Made by a program: the position numbers and the translations under genes | Notes under the pieces: generated by a model | Told to the model about the DNA's origin: nothing | Database searches by the model: none | The model's input: only the letters and a program-made list of their open reading frames with translations | Assembly: GCA_009843915.1 (NCBI GenBank) | Contig: VYCM01000136.1 | Location: forward strand, 2,795-66,794 | DNA: 64,000 nucleotides | Origin: Acidimicrobiaceae bacterium | GTDB taxonomy: Bacteria > Actinomycetota > Acidimicrobiia > Acidimicrobiales > Aldehydirespiratoraceae | Reading direction: 5' to 3' | Shown: positions 54,128 to 62,301 of the stretch, one piece after another | Position numbering within the stretch: position 1 is the stretch's first letter | Layout: every line of letters starts with the position of its first letter

Positions 54128-55363
54128 ATGGTGCAGGATGATCGGGAAGGCAAGTCCAGCACCGAAGCGTCTGAAGCCGCTGCTCCATTAGCAATACCGT
54201 CCGACTACATCGCGTCCTACGAACGGGCCCGGGCCGTGGATCCTTCCAGGGCCAGAAACTACATCGTCCACACGATGATCGGGGACCCGGTTTGCGACGA
54301 CATGATGGCGCAACTCGCTGGGGTTCCATTGCGGGACGCGGACCGGCTCATCCGGGCGGCCATCGAGGATCCCGATGACCCCGCGCTGAAGGATGCTCCG
54401 GCCACCGTGCACGCCTTCATCGAGGAGTTGGAGACCGTTCCGGACTGGGTCGACTTCAATGCCTTCAGGGGTGGCATTCGCGCCTTCCACCGGGACTCGT
54501 CGGCGTGCCTGGCCGCGATGCTGGGCGGCGTGCTGGTCGAGGGGTTCTCGACCACCATCGCCAAGTCCTTCTTCATCACCGGAAGGCTGCGCGACCAGGG
54601 AGTGAGGCGCCTGCGGCAGAACAACCGCCACATGATCGAGATACTGCTCCCAGGGGGTTTGGAGACTCGCGGCGACGGCTGGAGGCTCTCGGTGCGGATC
54701 CGGCTGGTGCACGCCAAGGTCAGGCAGCTGTTCAACGGTTCCGATGAATGGGACACCGACGCGGGGGGTGAGCCGCTCAGCGCAGCCCAAGTCGGCTACG
54801 CGCTCACCGCCTTCTCGGCGAGGATGCTGCAGCACATGAAGAGCCTCGGCGCCTCCTACGACGACAGCGAGCGCGACGGCTTCATGGCAGTCTGGCGGTA
54901 CTCGGGTCATCTGATGGGGATCCCCGAGACGATCCTGTACCGCGACTACGACGATGCCTTGGAGCTCTTCAGGATTGGCGGGTTGTGTGAGCCCGACCCC
55001 GGCGAGGAGTCGGTCGCCCTGGCCAACTCGCTGGTGAACTCCGCCCCGTTGGTGGCAGGAATAACTGACCCGGATGCTCGCCGCAAACTCGCCAAGTACG
55101 TCTTCCTGGTGTCGCGGGCCATGATCGGCAAGTCGATGGCCGACCAGCTGCAGTACCCGCCCAATCGCACCTTCGGCGTGCTGCCGTGGTTCCGCTTTCA
55201 GCGGCACTACCACCAGTTCCTGAGGAAGCGTCTACCGAAGCTGACCCGGGAGTCGAACTTCGCCGCGTTCAACACGCTCCTGGATGTGTCGGCCCTCCAG
55301 GACCTGGACATCGACTACAAGCTGCCCGACCACGTGTACGCCGAGGAGTCCCGCTGGTGGTGA
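54128..55363 (+). CDS. MpaB-family oxygenase (DUF2236)
   Basis: 411 aa with a LVHAKVR-type motif (SVRIRLVHAKVRQL), typical of DUF2236. Assignment is from memory of the family pattern. Confidence 0.65.
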   Translation: MVQDDREGKSSTEASEAAAPLAIPSDYIASYERARAVDPSRARNYIVHTMIGDPVCDDMMAQLAGVPLRDADRLIRAAIEDPDDPALKDAPATVHAFIEELETVPDWVDFNAFRGGIRAFHRDSSACLAAMLGGVLVEGFSTTIAKSFFITGRLRDQGVRRLRQNNRHMIEILLPGGLETRGDGWRLSVRIRLVHAKVRQLFNGSDEWDTDAGGEPLSAAQVGYALTAFSARMLQHMKSLGASYDDSERDGFMAVWRYSGHLMGIPETILYRDYDDALELFRIGGLCEPDPGEESVALANSLVNSAPLVAGITDPDARRKLAKYVFLVSRAMIGKSMADQLQYPPNRTFGVLPWFRFQRHYHQFLRKRLPKLTRESNFAAFNTLLDVSALQDLDIDYKLPDHVYAEESRWW

Positions 55364-55367
55364 GGGG

Positions 55368-57719
55368 TTAGACCCAGGAGTCGCCCGCGTCGGCCTGCTC
55401 AGCCTCCAGTGGCGCCTCAACTGGCAGGGTGATGCACATCTCGGTGTACTCGCCGGGCTCGGACTCGACTGCGATGTTGCCGCCGTGACGGCGAACGATG
55501 TCGCTGGAGATGGACAGGCCGAGGCCGGTGCCCTGGTTGGTCGGCTTGGTGGTGAAGAAGGGGTTGAAGATCTTCTCGACCACGTCGGGGGGCATGCCCG
55601 TGCCGTTGTCACGGATGCGGACCTCGACGTGATCATTGGACCGCGTCGTGGAGAGCCACAGCGTCGGCTGGAAGCCGGTGTTGCCGGCGGCGACCTCGGC
55701 GCGGTGGCGGTCGTTGGTGGCGTGGCCCGCGTTGGTCACCATGTTCAGGAACACCCGCCCCAGGTCCTGGGCGATCACCTTGAGCGAGCCCACATCCGGG
55801 TCGAGGTCCTGCTGGATGTCGAGCTGGAAGTCCGAGTCCAGCGCCCGGGCGCTGTGGAATGACAATTGGGCGTGCTGCTCCAGCAGGTCGTTGATGTCGG
55901 TCAGCTGCCACTCGCCGGAGTCGCGTCCCATCATCAGCATGTCGCGCACGATGCGGTCGGCCCGCTCGCCGTGGGAGCGGATACGTTCGATGTTGCCGGT
56001 CAGATCGCTGGCGATCTCGTTGACGTAGTCCTTGTTGTCGTCGCTGATGTTGTCGCCGATGTCCTCCAGCAGTTCCTTGAGCTCGTCGATGAGCTCCTCG
56101 GAGGCCTCGGCAAAGTTCTTCACGAAGTTCAAGGGGTTCTTGATCTCGTGGGCGACGCCTGCGGTCAGCTCACCCAGAGCGGCCAGCTTCTCCCGCGTGA
56201 CGATCTGGTCCTGAGCCTTCTGCAGCTCGGCCAACACGCCCTCAAGCTGCTCGTTCTTGCCCTGCAGCTCCGAGGCGAGCTGCTCGACCAGGTTGAGGCG
56301 CTGGACCTCTAGGGCGTGGCGCCGGAACACCTCCAAGGTCGCGGCCATGTCCGCGACCTCGTCCCGGCCGGTGATCGGGACGGTCACCTCTAGATCTCCC
56401 CCGGCCATGCGTCGCATCCAGTCCGACAGCAACGCGATGCGCCGCACCAGCGCCTTGCCCACGAAGAACCAGATGATGAACAGGGCGCCCACGATGCTGA
56501 ACGCGCTGATGGCCAGCAGCAGGGTGCGGGCGGTGGTGATGGCCTGCTCGGACGCGGTGGTAGCCTCCGCCGCCCGGTCCCGGGAGGCGCTCACCAGGCT
56601 GTCGACCTCCGAGACCAGCGTGACCGAGAGTTGGCTGTTCTGGTCCAGCAACTCCTGGTGGTGCTGGGTGATCGTGAAGTCGCTGGCCGCGAGGTCGAAC
56701 GAGTTCTCCGGGCCGAGTCCCAGCTCCCGCAGGCGGGAGAAGATCGGAGCCGCGTCGGCATGGAACTGCGTTCCCTGCAACGTCAGGAGGTTCCTGTCGA
56801 TCCGGCCGGCAGCCGCTTCGAAGCGCTCCCGCAGCGGCTCCAGCAGGGTCTGATCGTCTAGGGCGAAGGCGCTGGCCAGGAGGTCGGAGGTGATGTTGGC
56901 ATCGGCCTCGAGCTCGGCCAGGCGCCGGTACCGGAAGACCTCGTCCTCCGAGAAGTGCTCGGATCGGGGAGCCGGGGACGCATCGAGCTCGGAGTGGCCG
57001 GTGAGGGTGTAGAAGAGTTGGTCGTCCAAGGCAGGGACCAGGACATCGCTCACCCGGGCCCTCAGGTTGACGAGCTCCGCCTGTTGCACCGTTCGCTGCT
57101 CGGTGATGTCGAACCTCTCCGAGACCTCGCGCCGGATCTCCGCGATGTTGGCGATCAGGGTGTCGGCACTCTCGCGGATGCGGGCCACGCCGGCGTCGTC
57201 GCTATCGCTCTGCTCCAGGACCGCCATCCGCTCCTCGAACGCGAGGACGGTCTGGTCTATCTGCTGGCTCTGCTGGAAGAGCTCCATGGGCGTGACCGCG
57301 GCGGCCAAGCTGGGCGCGGCGTTGGCGAGGACCCCGCCGTACTGCGCTACGCCGAACGCGGCAACCAGTTCGGGAACGCTTCCCTCGTTGACCCGCCTCT
57401 GGACGTCGCCTACACGGTTGAAGGAGAACCACCCGACCAAGCTGGCGGCCAGCGTCATGGCCACCGCCCCGCCGATGCCCACGTAGAGCTTGGTGGAGAT
57501 CCGGGACCAGAACCCGAGCGAAGGCTTCATCGCGTCATCGGCGGGCGTGTCCTCGATCGACGACTGGTCGGCGTCACCGGCTACCGGTTCGTCGGGAGTT
57601 GACGCGGCAGCGTCGTCCACCGGTTCGTCGGGAGTCTGTGCGGCGGCACCCTCCACCGGTTCGTCGGGCAACGGGGTCACGGACTCATCCGCCACCGGGT
57701 CGTCGAGCGGGGAACTCAT
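55368..57719 (-). CDS. Sensor histidine kinase (2 TM, about 300-aa extracytoplasmic domain, HAMP, HisKA, HATPase)
   Basis: H-box [11 protein letters not shown]-box [12 protein letters not shown]-boxes DNGTGMPP and GTGLGLSIS. The ATG overlaps the upstream stop (ATGA). Confidence 0.9.
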   Translation of the reverse strand: MSSPLDDPVADESVTPLPDEPVEGAAAQTPDEPVDDAAASTPDEPVAGDADQSSIEDTPADDAMKPSLGFWSRISTKLYVGIGGAVAMTLAASLVGWFSFNRVGDVQRRVNEGSVPELVAAFGVAQYGGVLANAAPSLAAAVTPMELFQQSQQIDQTVLAFEERMAVLEQSDSDDAGVARIRESADTLIANIAEIRREVSERFDITEQRTVQQAELVNLRARVSDVLVPALDDQLFYTLTGHSELDASPAPRSEHFSEDEVFRYRRLAELEADANITSDLLASAFALDDQTLLEPLRERFEAAAGRIDRNLLTLQGTQFHADAAPIFSRLRELGLGPENSFDLAASDFTITQHHQELLDQNSQLSVTLVSEVDSLVSASRDRAAEATTASEQAITTARTLLLAISAFSIVGALFIIWFFVGKALVRRIALLSDWMRRMAGGDLEVTVPITGRDEVADMAATLEVFRRHALEVQRLNLVEQLASELQGKNEQLEGVLAELQKAQDQIVTREKLAALGELTAGVAHEIKNPLNFVKNFAEASEELIDELKELLEDIGDNISDDNKDYVNEIASDLTGNIERIRSHGERADRIVRDMLMMGRDSGEWQLTDINDLLEQHAQLSFHSARALDSDFQLDIQQDLDPDVGSLKVIAQDLGRVFLNMVTNAGHATNDRHRAEVAAGNTGFQPTLWLSTTRSNDHVEVRIRDNGTGMPPDVVEKIFNPFFTTKPTNQGTGLGLSISSDIVRRHGGNIAVESEPGEYTEMCITLPVEAPLEAEQADAGDSWV

Positions 57720-58993
57720 CGGGTCACCCAGAGAACGGTCTCATGCAAGGTGTGGACCGGGTGGTAGTTGCCGTCGGAGCCGATCACCGTCAGGAACACC
57801 TCGTCGGAGCCCTGGTTGTCGCCGTCGCCGAACTGAAGCTCGAACCCGTCTATGTCGAAGTCGCCGCGGTCGATCAACCGGTCGAGCAGGCAGGATCTGT
57901 CGACCTCCGCCCCGCACTCTTGGAGCGCCGCGATCACCATCCGTCCAGCCAGGTAGCCCTCGAGCGACACGAACCCCGGCTCCGCCCCCGGATCATGGCT
58001 CGCCAGAGCCTCCAAGTAGGAGTGGACCACGGGCAGCGAGTCATCCTCCGGGAACGGGACGACCTGGGTCACCAGCACCCCGGCGCCGTCGGGCCCGAGC
58101 TCCTGGGCCAGGGCGTTGCTCCCCACGAAGGAGACCGTCATGAAGACCGCGTCCATGCCGGTGCGGCGGGCCCACAGGATGAGGCTCGCCACCGGCTCGT
58201 AGGCGCCGATCATGATCACCGCCTCGGGGTCGCCCTGCCGCAGGTCGAGCAGGGCCGTCTTCACCGCGGTCGTGTTGCGGGGGTAGATCCCGATCGAGGC
58301 GAGTTCCATGTCCCGCCGCTCGAGCGCCGCCACCGTTCCCCGGAACCCGGCCCGTCCGAACGAGTCGTTCTGGTACAGGACGCTGATCCGCCTGATCCCG
58401 AGGTCCTCCGTGAGGCGGGCCACCATCTCCTCGGTCTCCTGGTTGTAGGAGGCTCGCAGGTTGATGATGTTGTCCCACTCGTCGTCGCGGAGGAAGGCGG
58501 CGCCGGTGAAGGGCGCGATGTAGGGAACCCCGGCGCGGCGGGCGATCGGGGTGGCGGAGCGCGAGGTCGGGGTGCCCACCGCGCCGATCAGCGCGAACAC
58601 CTGCTCCTGCTCGATGAGATGGCGCGTCATCACTATCGCGTCCTCGGGCTCGTACGCGTCGTCGAGGGATTGCAGTTCCAGGACGCGCCCGTGGACACCT
58701 CCGGCCGCGTTCGCCTCGTCGAACGCGGCCAGGATCCCCAGCCTCATGTTGATGCCCAGCTCCTTGGCCGGTCCGCTGAGCGCGGCAGACTGTCCGAACA
58801 GGATCCGTTCCTCGGTCAAGCCGAGTGAGTCTCCCTCCGACTCGACGATGGGTCCGACCGACACCGAATCGTCGATGACCGGGGCTTCCACGGTTTCTCC
58901 ATCGCTGCCGCACGCCGCGAGCAACACCGCAATCACCACCGCCGACCATCGGCCGGCAGTCCATCGGCGACGCGGCCCGCGGTGGTGGGTCAT
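57716..58993 (-). CDS. Lipoprotein, Leu/Ile/Val-binding-protein-like (Peripla_BP_6) solute receptor
   Basis: Lipobox VIAVLLAAC. ILFGQSAALSGPAKELG is typical of the LivJ-like family. Confidence 0.82.
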   Translation of the reverse strand: MTHHRGPRRRWTAGRWSAVVIAVLLAACGSDGETVEAPVIDDSVSVGPIVESEGDSLGLTEERILFGQSAALSGPAKELGINMRLGILAAFDEANAAGGVHGRVLELQSLDDAYEPEDAIVMTRHLIEQEQVFALIGAVGTPTSRSATPIARRAGVPYIAPFTGAAFLRDDEWDNIINLRASYNQETEEMVARLTEDLGIRRISVLYQNDSFGRAGFRGTVAALERRDMELASIGIYPRNTTAVKTALLDLRQGDPEAVIMIGAYEPVASLILWARRTGMDAVFMTVSFVGSNALAQELGPDGAGVLVTQVVPFPEDDSLPVVHSYLEALASHDPGAEPGFVSLEGYLAGRMVIAALQECGAEVDRSCLLDRLIDRGDFDIDGFELQFGDGDNQGSDEVFLTVIGSDGNYHPVHTLHETVLWVTR

Positions 58994-58994
58994 C

Positions 58995-59420
58995 TCACTT
59001 GCGGGCGACGATCTTCAGGCGGTTCTTCCCCGACTCCCTGCAGTACTCCACATCGTCCATCAGGGTCTTGGTGAAGTGCACGCCCAGACCGCCGATCGGC
59101 CGGTCCTCTATCGAAGACGTCAGGTCCGGCTCGGGTGCCTCGGTCAGGGGATCGAACGGGATGCCGTCGTCGATGATCTCGATGACGATGTCCTCTTGGA
59201 GAGAGGTCACCTCTACCTCGACATCGCCGGGCCCGCCCTCGTGGGAATAGTCGACGACGTTCTGGGCCAGCTCGTCGATCACCAGGCTGACCCGGAACGT
59301 CAGCTCGCCGGACCAACCGTCCCGTTCACCGAGTGCTTCGACAGCCGCGACCAGCTCCGGCAGCTCCTCGTAGCTGGAGCGGACCTGTTCGCCGTTGGTG
59401 TTGGTGGTCAGGAACAGCAT
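58995..59420 (-). CDS. RsbW/SpoIIAB-like anti-sigma serine kinase (HATPase_c_2)
   Basis: N-box IDELAQNVVDYS, then IIDDGIPFDP and GGLGVHF. ATG 59420 is preferred over the track start 59564. Confidence 0.8.
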   Translation of the reverse strand: MLFLTTNTNGEQVRSSYEELPELVAAVEALGERDGWSGELTFRVSLVIDELAQNVVDYSHEGGPGDVEVEVTSLQEDIVIEIIDDGIPFDPLTEAPEPDLTSSIEDRPIGGLGVHFTKTLMDDVEYCRESGKNRLKIVARK

Positions 59421-59427
59421 GGCGCGG

Positions 59428-60600
59428 TCAGTTCTCTCGACGCAGCACGAGACAGGTCGTGTCGTCGAACTGGGGCACATCGCCGGCGAAATCATTGACG
59501 AGGTCGATGACTCGATGGCCGGCGTCCTCTGCATCGCCCGGAGGATTGGCCTCGAAGGCCTCACGCAACCGGGTCAGGCCTAGCTGCTCCTCCTCGGCGT
59601 TGATGGCCTCGGTCACGCCGTCCGTGTAGAGAATGACGGTGTCGCCGGGTGACAGTTCGTAGGAGTGCTGGAGGAAGTCGAACCCGGGCAGCACGCCCAG
59701 GGCAAGGCCGTCGGTCACCGGCAGTTGGGTGCTGGTGCCGTCGGCGTGTATGACGAGGGGCGGGTCGTGGCCTCCGTCCGCGTAGGTGAGCACACCGGTC
59801 GAAGGGTCGTACACGGCATAGATCATGGTGACGAACATGCAGGCGTCGTTGTCCTCGTTGAGTACGTCGTTCACCTCCGTCAGCGCCTCGCCGGGACCTT
59901 CAGCCCGCATGGCTGCACCCTTCAGCAGCGTGCGGCTGGACATCATGAACAAGGCCGCAGGCACGCCCTTCCCGGATACGTCCGCGATGGCCAAGCCGAC
60001 TCTCTCGTCGGACAGACCGATCACGTCGAAGAAGTCGCCCCCTACGTTGCGGGCAGGCTGCATGGTGCCGAATAGCTTGTAGTCGTCATTGCGAGCGAAC
60101 TTGTTAGGCAGGATGGACTGCTGCATCATGCTTGCAACATTGAGCTCGTTCTGAAGGACGACAAGCTTGTCACGAGCACTAAGAGCTTCCTTCCATTCAC
60201 GTATGTGCTGCAGAGTTCGATCTATTGTGAACTTCAAGTCGTCGAAATCGACCGGCTTTGTGACGAAATCAAAAGCGCCGCGGTTCATGGCGATGCGGAT
60301 GTTCTTCATGTCGCCGTAAGCGGAGATTATGACGGCCCTTATGTCCGGTGCTACATCCGGAATCCTGTCAAGAAGTGTGAGGCCGTCCATCTTGGGCATG
60401 TTGATGTCCGACAGGACCATGTCGATGCTCTCGTCCGCGTCCAGCGCTTCGAGTGCCTCGACCCCATCGTGGGCGAAGACGAATTCGTACACTCCAGTCC
60501 TGATGTAGCGCCGCATGCGCTGCAGCATGAGAGGTTCCAGATCTGGTTCATCGTCGACCACAAGGATCTTGTGCTTCTGCGGCGACTCAGTCATTGTCAT
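59428..60600 (-). CDS. Response-regulator receiver domain fused to PP2C (SpoIIE/RsbU-type) phosphatase
   Basis: REC motifs ILVVDDEPD and DMVLSDINMPKMDG. PP2C motifs GGDFFDV, DVSGKGVPAALFM, LYTDGVTEA. Confidence 0.9.
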   Translation of the reverse strand: MTMTESPQKHKILVVDDEPDLEPLMLQRMRRYIRTGVYEFVFAHDGVEALEALDADESIDMVLSDINMPKMDGLTLLDRIPDVAPDIRAVIISAYGDMKNIRIAMNRGAFDFVTKPVDFDDLKFTIDRTLQHIREWKEALSARDKLVVLQNELNVASMMQQSILPNKFARNDDYKLFGTMQPARNVGGDFFDVIGLSDERVGLAIADVSGKGVPAALFMMSSRTLLKGAAMRAEGPGEALTEVNDVLNEDNDACMFVTMIYAVYDPSTGVLTYADGGHDPPLVIHADGTSTQLPVTDGLALGVLPGFDFLQHSYELSPGDTVILYTDGVTEAINAEEEQLGLTRLREAFEANPPGDAEDAGHRVIDLVNDFAGDVPQFDDTTCLVLRREN

Positions 60601-61020
60601 TTGAGTCCTCTCTAGCGATTGGAGACGGCCACTTATGCGCTGACTGCTGCGAGCGCTTCGGACTGTGATCCGTGGATTGGAATAATCTTGTCGAATCCGC
60701 TGATCTTGAATACTTCACGAATTGATTCATTCATTGAACAAAGCACAAACTTCACCCCACCGCTCTGGAGACTCTTGGCTGCGATAAGGATCACTCTCAT
60801 CCCGGCGCTACTGATGTAGGAGATGTCCTCAAAGTCCAACACAACGGCAGGATCATCCTTGTGGATTACCGCTTCCAAGTTAGAGTGGAACTCCCGAGAG
60901 TTGGAACTATCAACGCGTCCGTTGGCCCTGGCAATGACGGCTCCACCTTCTCTCTCGGCGCTGATCTCCATCGTCACGCTCCTCAGCCAATGTCTCTAAT
61001 GGTCGGATGGGATACTACCC
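60050..61020. other. Compositional dip (about 43-58% GC per 60-nt line, one line at 60421-60480 at 67%) covering the STAS gene and the REC-coding 5' part of the PP2C gene
   Basis: Hand counts give 26/60 at 60181-60240, 26/60 at 60661-60720 and 27/60 at 60721-60780. This compares with 38/60 at 60001-60060 and upper 60s percent further left. Confidence 0.7.
60633..60971 (-). CDS. STAS-domain anti-sigma-factor antagonist (RsbV/SpoIIAA-like)
   Basis: DFEDISYISSAGMRVIL with the phosphorylatable Ser. ATG 60971 has GAGGAG 7 nt upstream, and the track start is GTG 60977. Confidence 0.88.
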   Translation of the reverse strand: MEISAEREGGAVIARANGRVDSSNSREFHSNLEAVIHKDDPAVVLDFEDISYISSAGMRVILIAAKSLQSGGVKFVLCSMNESIREVFKISGFDKIIPIHGSQSEALAAVSA

Positions 61021-61038
61021 GGCGGGCTGTGGCGTGGC

Positions 61039-62250
61039 TCATGCGCGTGCGCTCGGGCCGTAGGTCAGGTGCATGAGGTCACCATCGGCGAAGCGGCTGG
61101 GTCTGAGCGCGCCGGCGCCGATCGGCGGGGCGCTGCCGACCTGCTCTACACCGAGCACCTGGGAGGCGACGACCTCGCCGATGCACGGCGAGAGCTTGAG
61201 TCCGTGTCCGGACAGCCCGACGGCGAGGTAGAGGCCGGTCACATCGGCGATCTCGGAAGCCCATCCGAGGATGGGGTGGTAGTCCGGGGTGATGTCATAG
61301 GCCCCGCTGGTGCTCGCGACGATCCCGGCCAACCTCAGCGCCGGGAGCCGCTCCGCCAGGGCTCTCTCCAGGCGTGCGGCATGGTCGTGGAGGGCCGCCG
61401 GCGGGGCGTCGGCCAGCGGGTCATCGACCGGGGGCATCTCCGGCGGGTACGCCACCGCAACTATCCGGCGACCCATGTCGGGGCGGATCACCAGATTGGA
61501 ATTGCCATCGGTGATGCAGGATTGCAGGGCCCGGGCTCCGGGCTCCTGCTCGAGGGTTGCCATGTCGAGGCGCCGTCGCTGGATGGGCACGTGCACGCCC
61601 AAGGGTTCGAGCAGGTCGGGCGCCCACGCGCCAGTTGCGGCCACGACGACGGGAGCTCTGATCTCGCCCCTGTCTGTAGCCACTCCGCTGACCGCGCCAT
61701 CGGCCACCAGGATCTCCTGCACGGCGAGTGGAGTCAGCACGTCCGCACCGCACGCGGTGGCGGCGCCCAGCCAGCTCAACACCATCTTGGTCACGTCGAT
61801 GTAGCCCCCGTCGGGCTCGTAGGCGCCGCCCGCCAGGTTCTCGGCGTTCACTAGAGGCTCGATCGTCGCGATCTCGTCGGGGCCCACGAAGCGGGTGTCC
61901 ACGCCGAGCCCGCGGCCCAACTCGACATTGCGCCGCAGACCGTCGATCTGGTTCTCCGTGACGATGAGCATGTAGCCGAGGCGTACGTAGCCGGGGTCGC
62001 CGTATCCCACTTCCGACGCCCAGTTGCGGATGCAGTGGAAGCCTCGCAGGGCCATGCGCACCATGAGTTCATTGGAGTAGTGCTGGCGGATCTGGCCGAA
62101 GGTGCGTCCTGAGATGCCGCCTACAGGCGGTCGAGCGTCCACCACGACCACCCGGCGGTCCGAATGCCGGGCGAGCTGATAGCCGATGCTGGCTCCGGCC
62201 ACCCCGGCACCGATGATGACAACATCGGCTTCTGCCGGAATGGTGCGCAT
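61039..62250 (-). CDS. FAD-dependent oxidoreductase, DAO family (glycine/sarcosine/D-amino-acid oxidase-like)
   Basis: DVVIIGAGVAGASIGYQLA dinucleotide fold. 403 aa. Confidence 0.82.
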   Translation of the reverse strand: MRTIPAEADVVIIGAGVAGASIGYQLARHSDRRVVVVDARPPVGGISGRTFGQIRQHYSNELMVRMALRGFHCIRNWASEVGYGDPGYVRLGYMLIVTENQIDGLRRNVELGRGLGVDTRFVGPDEIATIEPLVNAENLAGGAYEPDGGYIDVTKMVLSWLGAATACGADVLTPLAVQEILVADGAVSGVATDRGEIRAPVVVAATGAWAPDLLEPLGVHVPIQRRRLDMATLEQEPGARALQSCITDGNSNLVIRPDMGRRIVAVAYPPEMPPVDDPLADAPPAALHDHAARLERALAERLPALRLAGIVASTSGAYDITPDYHPILGWASEIADVTGLYLAVGLSGHGLKLSPCIGEVVASQVLGVEQVGSAPPIGAGALRPSRFADGDLMHLTYGPSARA

Positions 62251-62301
62251 GGTGGCGGATCGTAGCCGCCCACTCGCTCCGCCTCGAAGCAGTGCTTATG
62301 C

